This document shows positions 1-11,146 of a stretch of DNA of 64,000 nt, in pieces. Made by a program: the position numbers and the translations under genes. Source of the stretch: Anolis carolinensis. Lineage: Eukaryota. Every line of letters begins with the position of its first letter. The first letter of the stretch is position 1. Below the pieces are notes generated by a model. The model did no database searches. It had not been told where the DNA came from and was given only the letters and a program-made list of their open reading frames with translations. The stretch spans positions 30,046,782 through 30,110,781 of the forward strand of contig NC_085842.1 of the NCBI RefSeq assembly GCF_035594765.1. Direction: 5' to 3'.

Positions 1-39
1 AGTAGTTGCCACTATCATTCCACTTAAATGCCAGCTCAC

Positions 40-159
40 CATGAAAGACAGTGACTGCAATGCATTTTTGGTTCTGTCTTGGGAAACATACATTCACTCT
101 ACCATCACAGTCTTGAGTTGGAGTCTCACGTAGACAGTAATGGCACTTCAGGGCTTGGG
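40..159 (-). CDS. Ly6/uPAR (three-finger, LU-domain) protein, coding exon 2; gene continues beyond left edge
   Basis: Minus strand: polypyrimidine acceptor tctctttttcccctactgcag, then a 120-nt phase1/phase1 exon, then donor G|gtgagc. Translates (A)QALKCHYCLRETPTQDCDGRVNVCFPRQNQKCIAVTVFH, i.e. L-x-C-x2-C-x8-C-x6-C-x7-C, the N-terminal five-Cys half of an LU domain with the typical Ly6 exon phase. Confidence 0.85.
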
Positions 160-865
160 CTGCAGTAGGGGAAAAAGAGATCTGAAACCCAAAAGACCAT
201 GATCACTGGCAAAGGGTTGGTAATTGGCTTCACAGAATTGATTTTGGGCATATCTACACAGCACTTTAACCCAAAGCAGGCCAGAATTGTCTGCATGGCA
301 TTTACAGGGCACACAGAGCTACCTGAAGCTGTGGAGCAGCCCTGTATTTTGGGGCAATGAACAGCCGGGCTGGTTCTGATTTGGAAATGACCCGGCTGTT
401 GACATGGGCCAGTTCTGCCAGTTCTGCAGGAAAACAAGAGTAGCACTGACCTAAATTACATTCCAGTAGTTTATTTGTGTAAGAACAGAGAGGAGAGATG
501 AATGAAGGGAAGGAAAGAGAGAGAAATTCCATCCAAACTTCCCTTGCTTTTGAAATAAAGTACCTCCCAGGTGTTTTTGTGTATATGTATAAGGACAGTG
601 ATGCCACTGTGGTTGGTATCACTCAGCGCAGTAACCATGTTGTCACCACTGTTATCCAGTGCCAAGCCATGCTACAATATTATAGCTGAAATGTTGGAAA
701 ATTTGACAAAATCAACAACTATAAAAATGAGAAGCAATGAAAACAACAGTGTGTGCTTGTAGAACTTGCAGATAAAACCATGTGATTCGAAGCATCATTG
801 GAAAGGGGTAGTAATGACAGCCCTGGCCGGAGAATATGTGCACCAGAATAATAGTAATATAATTA

Positions 866-1184
866 CAGTAGAATCTCACTTATCCAACATTCGCTTATCC
901 AACGTTCTGGATTATCCAACACATTTTTGTAGTCAATGTTTTCAATACATCATGATATTTTGGTGCTAAATTCATAAATACAGTAATTACTACATAGCAT
1001 TACTGAGTATTGAACTACTTTTTCAGTCAAATTTGTTGTATAACATGATGTTTGGGTGCTTAATTTGTAAAATCATAACCTAATTTGACATTTAATAGGC
1101 TTTTCCTTAATCCTTATTATCCAACATATTCGCTTTTCCAACATTCTGCCGGCCCGTTTATGTTGGATAAGTGAGACTCTACTG
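866..1184. mobile_element. Tc1/mariner(pogo)-type MITE
   Basis: TIRs CAGTAGAATCTCACTTATCCAA ... TTGGATAAGTGAGACTCTACTG with TA on both flanks; same family at 8679, 63375 and partial inverted at ~25984-26144. Confidence 0.85.
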
Positions 1185-1487
1185 TATAACTTTATTTTTG
1201 TACCCCGCCTCCATCTCCCCAAGGGGACTCAGAACGGCTTACATGGGGACGAGCCCTAGAAAGTTCAAAAGTAAATTAGGGTAGAATTTTAACCTCATAG
1301 GTATATTGATACAGTATACGTAAACTGGGTTTCTGAATAATGTTTGTGTATTACTGTTTATTTAACAAAGTGATAATTTTATACAAAATAATACATTTCT
1401 GCTAAAATACTGCACAAAAAAATAACAGTAATTTTGACATCACCCAATGTAGTTCACACCTCGCTGTGATCTAAACAGAAGACATAC

Positions 1488-1545
1488 CTGTAAGGACAAA
1501 AGAAAATAAAGCCCAGGATGTGAGGTCGACAACTCTTGTTGGCAT
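1488..1545 (-). CDS. Ly6/uPAR protein, coding exon 1 (signal peptide)
   Basis: ttcaacATG (A at -3), MPTRVVDLTSWALFSFVLT+G, then strong donor CAG|gtatgt. Phase 1 joins exon 159-40 in frame to give MPTRVVDLTSWALFSFVLTAQA|LKC with an A-x-A cleavage motif. Confidence 0.75.
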
Positions 1546-2151
1546 GTTGAATTTTTGTTGCAACAGGCGAAGGGTTGCACCAAAGGCTCCAGGAATGAGG
1601 AAAATCCTTTCCCCCAAACTGGCTCTGAACAATGGGCTGTGGGGGAAAATTGATCCCTCTTCTCTTCTCCCAGCAGACTTGGCCGAGGTCCTGGTGGCCT
1701 TCTTTGGGAGTTGTGGGTATAATCTGGAAGAACCAGACAACTGCAATCTAAATGCCGGGTTTTTAGCTAAACAGTAAACAAACATCTTGTTCTGGAACAC
1801 TGTGCCTACAAGACTTTGTGTGGGCCCCAAGCGGAGTTTGTGGATTGCTTTGACCTACCTCTAGAGAGATGCACTCCTCAAATCCAACAGTCTTAAAATG
1901 TTTTTTTTCCCAAGCAGTAGGTTAGAAATGTGGCACAATCTAATTTTGGAAGGGGATGAGGCAGTCATCCAAACTTCTGGTTGCTGTCTTCTTCTGTTGC
2001 AATTCAATATTTGAAAAATAAGACTTGAACAGATCTGAGAATCCATAACTGTCATATCTCAGGAAAAACCACAACAGAAGGACATTGAATCCAATGCTTG
2101 TGCCAAAAGACCAGGTCTTTCTTGCCCTGATGTATCTGAAGTACCATGTAC

Positions 2152-2390
2152 AAGAATCAAGAATCTTGTTGGAAGAAATCACATGATACTTCTAGTCCAA
2201 CCCCCTGCCACACAGGAAAAGTACCCCTGACAGATGGCCATCCAGCCTCTGTTCAAAAGCCTTCAAGGAAGAGCCTCCTCCACACAATGAGGCAGAGAGT
2301 TCCACTGCTGAACAGCTCTTACGGTCATGAGGTTCTTCCTAATGTTCAGGTGGAATGTCCACTCCTGTAATTTGAACCCATTGCTCCGAG
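2152..2390 (-). mobile_element. CR1 LINE 3' end fragment
   Basis: Reverse complement resembles the 3' end of the CR1 at 19560-19818; boundaries approximate. Confidence 0.7.
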
Positions 2391-2568
2391 ACAGAGAAAT
2401 CCAGTTTCCAGAAGAACCCTGGTTTTAATCTGGTTTTACCGGAGGCATTGTTTAGACACTTTTGGTAAAACTGAGACAGGTCCCAGTTTTTGGGGCAGTC
2501 TGGATGGGCCGTAAGAGGCAAACAGGCTGCTTGGAATTTATATGCCATTGAAATTGAGCCTTAAACAA

Positions 2569-2717
2569 AGGCTCCTTCTACACTGCCATATAATCCAGAT
2601 TACTAAAGCAGATAATCCACATTATCTGCTTTGAACTGGATTATGTGAGTCTACACTGCCATATAATCCAGTTCAAAGTAGATAATCTGGGTTTTATATG
2701 GCAGTGTAGAAGGGGCC
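2569..2717. mobile_element. Palindromic MITE (probably PIF/Harbinger-type)
   Basis: GGCTCCTTCTACACTGCCATATAA ... TTATATGGCAGTGTAGAAGGGGCC inverted termini; related copies near 24108, 48234, 59702 and 62193. Confidence 0.6.
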
Positions 2718-2879
2718 AAAGTTATCTGAATACAAATGGATAGCCATAAACTGCCCATAAAAACGTGCTTTCCTCAGAACATAGTCATGGTAGGATTTCT
2801 TTGCTGCTTAATAACCATAACCATAAATAAACCATTTGATGTCCACCTCCATCAGTAAGTGGGTGAAAAGCACACACTG

Positions 2880-3365
2880 TGAAAATAGCTTTATAAGAAG
2901 CATCAGCCTCCTCCCAGAAAACTTAAATCAAGGAAAAGTTTCATGAGAACCACCACCCCTTTTAATGTTCCTCCAGCAACAGCAACAATATCCCTGTGGG
3001 AAGAAAAATCAGGCAATTCCAACTGTCTGGCCCCCTGCGAGGGTCTTCTCCGAGGGAAAACCAAGACTGGCCAACTTGGAAGTCCCTGGATAGATGCAGA
3101 AGTGGAGTTGGCAGATCAAAAGACAAACTGGCAAAAGAATCCTCCACTTTGTGTGACTGTGGAGCAGAACAAATAACTCAGCATATGTATGCTTGCCTCA
3201 CAATGCCCTGCCTCATGCACAAAGAAGAACTGCTTAAAGCTACAGAAAATACAGTTGCTGTTTCCCGTTTTTGGTCTAAAATTCTTTAGCTGCTTGTGCT
3301 CCCTTTATTTTATCAGTTTTATACTTATTTATTTCTGCAATGCTTTTGACACAAAATAAATAAAT
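2880..3365 (+). mobile_element. Vingi/ingi-like LINE 3' fragment
   Basis: ORF 2996-3289 contains WPTWKSLDRCRSGVGRSK...CDCGAEQITQHMYAC (C-terminal CCHC knuckle of LINE ORF2), followed by an (AAAT)n tail. Confidence 0.65.
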
Positions 3366-3624
3366 CCCTTGTTCCCACAGATAAAAATTGGGCTTACAGA
3401 AAAAGAAGACAACTTCATGATTACTAAATGTAATAAGGATTCTGGGGTACTAAACAGTCTAATCCAGCATATTTAAAACACAGAGTTTGCTCCTGATTTG
3501 ACTGTAGTGCATGAGTGTCGGTCTCATGGAAAATAAGATCTGACTGGGACAGATGGTGGGTTTTTGTGGTGCTCTTCTTCTTCCATAGGCATATGGACAA
3601 TCCTCTAGCTTCCATGTCAAAGGT

Positions 3625-3898
3625 TTTTTTTTGTGTGTGTCAGGAGTGACTTGAGAAACTGCAAGTCACTTCTGGCGTGAGAGAATTGGCTATCTGCAAA
3701 GATGTTGCCCAGGGGACACCTGGATGTTTTGATGTTTTTACCATCCTTGTGGGAGGCTTCTCTCATGTCCCCGCATGGAGCTAAAGCTGATAGATAGCTG
3801 TGCTCTCCCCGGGTTGGATTCGAATCTGGCGGTGTTCAGGTCAGCAACCCTGCCTTCAAGTCACAAGTCTTTAACCCACTACGCCATCGGGGACTCCT
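3625..3898 (-). mobile_element. tRNA-derived SINE (lizard SINE2-type)
   Basis: Reverse complement of the element at 34272-34521; B-box-like ATTCGAATCC, A-rich tail. Confidence 0.7.
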
Positions 3899-4056
3899 AG
3901 TCAAAGGTGTAATGTTGGGGGAGGCAGTATAGCCCCTAATCCCAAACAGTTACCTACTCCTGGGGCAAGGAATGGGCTTTATCTTTAAAGATGTTGAGCT
4001 CTAACTTCCAAAGTCCATCAACCGGATACTTTATCACATAAAGGCAATATATTATT

Positions 4057-4555
4057 TATTTATTTGCAGTATTTATATTCCGCCCTTCTCACACTCAAGG
4101 GGACTCTGGGCGGATCACAATGCACATATACATGGCAAACATTCAATGCCATTAGACATACAACATATATAGACAGACACATATAGACACAGACACAGAG
4201 GCAATTTAACATTCCAGCTTCTGGCTTCATAGGGGTATGCACGATTCCGGGGGAGCTGCCGCTTCACTGTCCACTTGTGACACCGAGTCCTTGATGGAGT
4301 ACTTCCTCATTCTTCCACACGCTGCTGGAGATTTTATGGTGTCATAAATTAGTTAAATTAGCCTTCCCACATAAAGCAGTACCTACATTTCCTACTCAAC
4401 AAATGCCACTGTCTTTTGGCTGCATAGGTCAACAGCAAGCTAGACTATTAGTGGTTGGGGAGTTTACTCCGACCTGGGTTGGCTCAAACTCATAACCTCT
4501 CAGTCAGTAGTGATTTCTTGCAGCTGGCTACTAGCCAGCAGTGCCACAGTCCGGT
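4057..4555 (-). mobile_element. SINE with tRNA-like head and L2-like tail
   Basis: Homologous to 7690-8147; 3' end resembles the L2-type tail (gagtcccct..gagaagggcgg..aataaataa on minus strand). Confidence 0.6.
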
Positions 4556-5339
4556 CCTAGCATTGAATATGGATCGTCGCCTTTGTCAAAGGTACCTATC
4601 AAATAACATTGTGCACAGTCAATTTCTAATCTTCCTCATCGTGACAAACCTGCAACCTGCTATTGAATAGAAAACCACCAATAGCCACACATTGCACATA
4701 TTACCACTATGTATTTACCTGTTGTGGTGAGGTCGTTCTAGTTATGAAGTAACCTCAAAGAGAAAGATTCTCCTCCTCTCCCACTCTTCCCTCCCCTTCC
4801 GAGGCAGTAATAAAACTTTAGGGTTTTTTTTTTTTAATAACCCTGACTGGAATTGTGAACTTGCTTTAATATATACTTTATAAAAATTACAGAGCAGCAG
4901 AAATGGGGGAGGATAGAGTTAACAAGGGTATATGGAAATATAACTGAGGGACTACAAATGGGCTGATTGACACAATTGCATGAATACAGAGATGTCTGAT
5001 AGCAAAGGTATTCATCCCAGTATGTTTCTGCCATTGGTGGTCATGCAAATAGCGGCTTCATGCAATAGTTATTGGACAACTTATCTGATGTATGCTGCAA
5101 AGCTCACAGCAGATTCATGGCAACCTGACATGGAAAACGCCAGTTGCTCCCATACATGGCTGCTTGTGCTTTCATTTTGTGCAGTCATTCATGGCTCTGT
5201 GCTGGCCCCTAGTGGAGCAACTGACAGGGGACAAGTATTACTTATTATGGCATCTGGGCGATTCACTGCTTCTATATAATGATAAATACATTTCATTTAT
5301 TTTCAAGCTGCATGGACACCTTGAAAACCACACTGGAGC

Positions 5340-6170
5340 CCAGAATATAAGCAATCAAGCTGTTTATTGAAGAATATAAGTAAGCACAAGCAAATAAAGT
5401 TCAAAGTCAATAGAGTGGATGAAACACCAAGCAAAATATTTATCTGTCCTTAACAGAAGTCCAAGAAAGTCTCTCACAGTTATAATCCAAATTGGTACTG
5501 TACTTAGTCCCCCAAGAAGTATCAGACGTAGTCCACACAGAGTTCACTTCCCAAGCAGGAAACAACAGGAAGCCATAAGAAACAAGAACCAAACTCAAAG
5601 TAATCCAAGAGAACTGTAATCCACATGGCAAGGAATCAGAAGGCTCAACTGGAATCAAGGCACAGCAAGGCAGGAGATAATTGTAATCCACAAGGCAGAA
5701 TCTTGGCTTGAAAGTTACGGATGCAAGAACACGAAGACAGAGATCTTTCTCACTTGAATTTCAAAGTTGGCACCTTTGCAGTGCAGAGAAAGCAAGAAGT
5801 ATTTAAGGAGATTTCAAAGCTATTGTTCGTAGTGAGAGCTATTGTTCTCATGGGAAAGCTGCTCAATAGCGCGTCTGTGAACCAGACGTTGACTTCTTCA
5901 TAAACATTCCCTCCGGATCCGTCCCTGGGTAAACATCTCCCTTCTGTCAAATCCATCCTCCTCCTCTGGGCTAACATGCCCACCTGGCCTTTGCTGAACT
6001 GGCCTTGACTGAGAACAGGAATGCTCATCTCTGATTTCAGAATCCTCTGCTGGAACCAATTCAGGCAAAGGTATCTGGATTTCAGGCCTAGAATCAAAGT
6101 CTTGAATGGGGCTAAAGTCTGGCTCCAGCTCAGGCTGAGTTGCAACACATACAATGAGACATACAACATA
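5340..6170 (-). mobile_element. Possible LTR remnant
   Basis: Strand-biased composition with TTTATT (minus-strand AATAAA) near 5364; boundaries not resolved. Confidence 0.3.
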
Positions 6171-6172
6171 GA

Positions 6173-6634
6173 CAAAGGAAAAGACTTCTCCCTTCATTTC
6201 CGGCATTGGAGGTGGTGCTCATTTCTGGTTCTGGAAGGTGCTCTTTCTCCATTTTCAAGCCGAGGAGCCTGCAATGTTATCTCCTGATCATACGGTCAGC
6301 AAGATTGCTTGGAGACTTTCTTTGCCTTTTCTCGCTGAAGTGGCACCTATTTATCTACTCTTATTTGCATGTTTTCAAACTGCTAGGTTGACAGGGAAGC
6401 TAGGACTGACAGATGGGAGTTCACCCCATCTCACAGTTTTGCCAACCTTCAGATCAGCGGATTCAGCAGCAAAAGGGTTTAACCCAGTGGTTCTCAACCT
6501 GTGGGTCCCCAGGTGTTTTGGCCTACAACTCCCAGAAATCCCAGCTGTTAGGATTTCTAGAAGTTGAAGTTCAAAACATCTGGGGACCCACAGGTTGAGA
6601 ATCACTGGTTTAACCCATTGTGCACCGTGGCCCC
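6173..6634 (-). mobile_element. Sauria SINE (interrupted by hAT MITE)
   Basis: ggtggtgctcat...tttgcatgttttcaaactgctaggttg core shared with 25079 and 41684 copies. Confidence 0.75.
6485..6607. mobile_element. hAT (Charlie-like) MITE
   Basis: TIR CAGTGGTTCTCAACCTGTGGGTCCCC...GGGGACCCACAGGTTGAGAATCACTG; perfect 8-bp TSD GTTTAACC (6477-6484, 6608-6615). Confidence 0.9.
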
Positions 6635-7184
6635 AGTCATCTACTTCATTGTAACTATTGTCATAAACAAATCAATTGAACATGTATTCTAACTGTGCGT
6701 GCATAAAGCCTTGATCCATTTGCTTACACCATCCTGTGTTGTAATTTTATTCAATCCAGCTAAAAAGGATGACAGCTTGTGGTAAGCTGCAAAATGAAGC
6801 CAATATGCTTAACAAAAATAAAACATACATTTTTAAACAGTGAAGTCTTCTGTCTTTTCCGTGCATGCCCAACTGGGGGCTGGCTTCATCCTGATTGGTG
6901 GAGCTGTGTTGACCTCATGAGCAGCTGGGAGGATTCCCCTATGAGATGGGGCTGTGGCATCCGCCAGCCAATCAGGAAGCATTCTTCACTTCCAATGCAG
7001 ATTTCCGCTCTCCGATGGCTGGCAGGGGGCAGGATGACCAGTCGGACAAAAGAACACATCGTTTCCTGAGTGGATTACTAGGTACCAACTTTAGGATGAA
7101 CAAAAAGGGTCCATTTGGTCCCATGGGTTTTATTGTCAGTAGAATTGTGTCATGAGTTTTCAGTGAGTGAATCTAATGCCTCTG

Positions 7185-7520
7185 CCTAATGGCAGAGAAG
7201 GTATACCTAATGGCAGAGAAGGTACACCTAGTGGCAGAGAAGGTATGCCTAATGGCAGAGAAGGTACACCTAGTGGCAGAGAAGGTACACCTACAGGCAG
7301 AGAAGGTACACTTAATGGCAGAGAAGGTACACCTAGTGGCAGAGAAGGTACACCTAATGGCAGAGAAGGTACACCTAGTGGCAGAGAAGGTACACCTAGT
7401 GGCAGAGAAAGTACACCTAGTGGCAGAGAAGGTACACCTAGTGGCAGAGAAAATACACCTAGTGGCAGAGACGGTACACTTAGTGGCAGAGAAGGTACAC
7501 CTAGTGGCAGAGAAGGTACA
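7185..7520. repeat. 21-bp minisatellite, 16 units (CCTAGTGGCAGAGAAGGTACA)
   Basis: 336 bp = 16 x 21; explains the repetitive ORFs GTPSGRE/VAEKVHL/LPLGVPS. Confidence 0.95.
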
Positions 7521-7689
7521 TATACTTGTTGTGACATGCTTAGACCTGAGATGGCCTTGTAATTTTCCTGTTGTTTACAGTCTCCTCTCATGCTATTGAC
7601 ACAATCCAGGTGGTCACTGCTCTTTTTAGCATTTTCCCCCCTTCCCCAAATACTGGTAGAAATAATAATATGACCGGCTCAATCACGTA

Positions 7690-8147
7690 TTTAATATTTA
7701 TTTACAGTATTTATATTCTGCCCTTCTCACCCCGAAGGGTACTCAGTGCGGATGACATTATACACACATAGGGCAAACATTCAATGCTCATAAACAATTC
7801 AGAGACCGAGACAGACAGACACAGAGGCAATTTAACCTTCTCCTGAGGGGATGTTCGATTCTGGCCACAGGGGGGAGCAGCTGCTTCATCATCCACTCTG
7901 AGGGCACTTCCTCATTCCAGGTCGTAAATTAGTTAAACTTGCCTCCCCACTTTTATAAGTGTTACCTTATTTCCTACTTGATAGATGCAACTATCTTTCG
8001 GGTTGCTAGGTCAGCAACGAGCAGGAGCTATTTTTTATTTTTAATTGACGGGTGCTCACCTCGCCATGGGCTGGCCTCGAACTCATGACCTCATGGTCAG
8101 AGTGATTTATTGCAGCTGCTCAACAGTCTGCACCACAGCCCGGCCCC
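7690..8147 (-). mobile_element. SINE with tRNA-like head and L2-like tail
   Basis: Minus-strand head GGGGCCGGGCTGTGG...GAGTTCGAGGCC (B-box); homologous to 4057-4555. Confidence 0.65.
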
Positions 8148-8249
8148 AAATTTTTCCCAAATTAGCATAACCATTTTATTCAGTTTCAGTGAATTCTGAG
8201 TTGTTTTTGCAAGGGGCAGTTCTGCTGTTACTGTAAAGATTAACAAAAA

Positions 8250-8448
8250 TGTATTTACTTCCTAAAAATGATCTGAAGCAAGATCTATCTGCACTGAAGG
8301 ATATGGCAAGACACTTACTGGCTATGAGAAATATTTATGTGCAATACAACATGAAGGGGAAGATATTCAGAAGAGCGGAAACTGTCCACAGTCTTCGTTG
8401 AGCAAGACAATTAATCGGCAGGCCCTTTGTGGGCACAAGCAGGTAATT
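8250..8448 (+). promoter_or_regulatory. Putative promoter/non-coding exon 1 (type A) of cholinesterase-like gene 1
   Basis: Non-repeat block conserved with 50620-50817 upstream of gene 4; both end in donor AAGCAG|gtaa (exon end 8442). Confidence 0.5.
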
Positions 8449-8678
8449 CCTGATTTACTTCCATTAATTCCTGATTTGCAGTTAGGTGTGATAGCAGTTA
8501 TGCATTACAGCAGAAGCCACAGCCTAATACCCAATGTTTGCAAGGTTTATTGTCTACTTTCAGGCTCAGATTCACTAATCTGCACATCTGGGTATGAAAG
8601 CCCTCCTGTCTTTGTTAAGAGGGAGAGAGGGAGGGAAGATACTATATATCTGAAAATAGATCTATCTGAATAGATATA

Positions 8679-9001
8679 CAGTAGAGTCTCACTTATCCAA
8701 GCCTCGCTTATCCAAGCTTCTGGTTAATCCAAGCCATTTTTGAAGTCAATGTTTTCAATATATATTGATATTTTGGTGCTAAATTCGTAAATACAGTAAT
8801 TACAACATAACATTACTACGTATTGAACTGCTTTTTCTGTCAAATTTGTTGTATAACATGATGTTTGGGTGCTTAATTTGTAAAATCATAACCTAATTTG
8901 ATGTTTAATAGGCTTTTCCTTAATCCCTCCTTATTATCCAACATATTCGCTTATCCAAGCTTCTGCCGGCCCATTTAGCTTGGATAAGTGAGTCTCTACT
9001 G
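8679..9001. mobile_element. Tc1/mariner(pogo)-type MITE
   Basis: Same TIRs as 866-1184, TA flanks. Confidence 0.85.
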
Positions 9002-9486
9002 TATATACGTTTTTAAGGTTTTTATAATGTGTTTTAACAATGTTATTAATGGATCTGTTTATACTGTTTTGTTTTTATGATTGCATTTTGGGCATTAAAT
9101 TTTGCCAATTTTTGTAAGCCACCCTGAGTTCCCTCGGGTGAGAAGGGCGGGGTATAAATGTTGTAAATAAATAAATAATTGTAAATAGGGTATCAATGTA
9201 CTGGAATTAACCATGGAAACATGGCTATCGCTCGGAGCACTCTGGTGGAGAGCGACTAATTAAGAAATAAAGTGAAGTGAAGATCTATTGAGTGAGAATG
9301 GAAAAGGGCTAAAGGATTTAAATAATCCTTATCTTTCTAGAGTCCAAGCAAGAATTATTGTAAATAGGGTATGAATATACCAGAGCTGGTGATGTGAACA
9401 TGGCCATCCATGGGATGAGACTGGAACAGGACTTTTTTGTTATTTATTGTTATCTCACTTAGAACTTTCTCCTTCCAGTCGCTGCA

Positions 9487-10976
9487 ATGCTTGGTCTTGC
9501 CTTTTCCATATCATGCTCTCTCTTCATCCTGTTTTCACTGGCCTCCAATGCTGCTTCCAAAGATGACCTTGCGGTGGACACCAGCAGTGGCCCTGTCAAG
9601 GGTAAAACTCTCACCGTTGGCTCTGGCTCTGTGAGAGCTTATCTTGGCATCCCCTATGCTGAGCCTCCCTTGGGGAAACTGCGATTCCAGAAGCCTCTTC
9701 CACATCAACCATGGAATCAAATCTTTGAGGCCACCGACTTTGGCAATGCCTGTCCTCAATTACTTCTAACTCAAACACCTGAGGCAAAATTGTGGAATCC
9801 TAATAGGCCCCTGTCAGAAGATTGTCTCTTCCTCAACATCTGGGTGCCCCATCCACAGCCCTCTGTACCAATTCCCATTCTTGTCTGGATACACGGAGGG
9901 GGCTTTGTTGCAGGTACAAGTTCTCTGGATTTGTACAATGGAGCTTCTTTAGCTGCAACTGAGAATGTCATTGTGGCCTCCATGAATTACCGCCTGGGGG
10001 CTCTGGGCTTTCTTTCCTTGCCACCAGCCATCCCAGGAAACATGGGTCTGTGGGACCAACACCTGGCCCTGACCTGGATCAAGCAGAATGCAGCTGCCTT
10101 TGGTGGAGATCCAAGGCGGGTGACGATTTTTGGTCATAGTGCTGGAGCAGCCTTTGTTGGCTTCCATCTCCTCTCATCCAAAAGTGAGTCCCTTTTTGCC
10201 CAAGCTGTGCTTCAGAGTGGAGCCCCCAATGCCATCTGGGGTTGGGTGAGTCCTAAGAAGGCCAAGAATAACTCCTTTGAGCTTAGCCAGCTGCTGGGAT
10301 GTGGAGAAGGCAATGAAAATGAAATTGTGAGTTGCCTTCAGAAAAAAGATGCAATGGAATTTCCTCAGTACGAAACATCTCTGTTTCAGAAAAATAATTA
10401 TATTTTGGAATTCATCTTTGCACCAACAACAGATGGGGAATTTTTGACTGATGATCCTCAGAGTCTTTTAAACTCTCAGCTTGTGCAGACCAAACCTATT
10501 CTCACTGGTGTCACCTCAGATGAAGCGGCTTCCATGCTGGCTTTTATTTTTCCTGGAAACAATCACAGCCTAATCACTCGGGAACAATTTCTAGAAACAT
10601 TAAGAAATACAGTACGAAATGCAACTGAAGAAGATATTCAGGCTGTGGCCCTGAAGTACACTGAAGAAAGTCATGGCCTGGCAAAGTACCGTTCAGCCTT
10701 GGTGCAATCCTTGGGTGATTATTTCTTTGTATGTCCTGCAGCCGAAATTGCTGACCAGATGAGAAAAGCTGGGAGTCCTGTGTATGTTTATCTTTTTACA
10801 CATCACACCTCTGGCACTGTCTGGCCTGAGTGGGCAAAGGCAACCCATGGAGCTGAAGTCATTTATCTGTTTGGAAGCTTTAAGGCAGCATTGGAGGCCA
10901 ACAAAACACACACAGAGGCGGATGCAGCGCTCAGCCAGAGAATAATGCGATATTGGGCAGAGTTCGCCAGAACTGG
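9487..10976 (+). CDS. Cholinesterase-like gene 1, main coding exon (catalytic triad intact)
   Basis: Acceptor ttccag|9479, ATG 9487, signal peptide, LGIPYAEPP, WNPN..SEDCLFLN, HGGGF, GHSAG (Ser AGT 10138-10140), SDEA, THGAE (His 10846-10848), ends FARTG with GG|gtaagg phase 2 as in BCHE-type genes. Confidence 0.95.
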
Positions 10977-11146
10977 GTAAGGCATTTTTCTTGCTCATTC
11001 TTCTCTTCTTTATTGATAAAATCAGTACAATCTGAGTAACAGAATACACATTAATTTCTTCTCTGCATTTTCTATCCCGCATTACATATAATCAGAAACA
11101 GTGCTTGGTACCTTGTAATAGGAATAACTAATGAATTTTTAAGTTA

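Noticed and set aside
323-423. Apparent minus-strand exon (cctgcag|...cag|gtagct) between the two LU exons, ORFs 126-446 and 302-622
   Set aside because: 101 nt would frameshift the Cys-rich exon, the donor is weak, and the region contains an inverted repeat typical of a MITE remnant.
7160-7599. Three repetitive ORFs (GTPSGRE, VAEKVHL, LPLGVPS) or a CRISPR-like array
   Set aside because: By-product of a 21-bp minisatellite; no unique spacers, no splice context, eukaryotic DNA.
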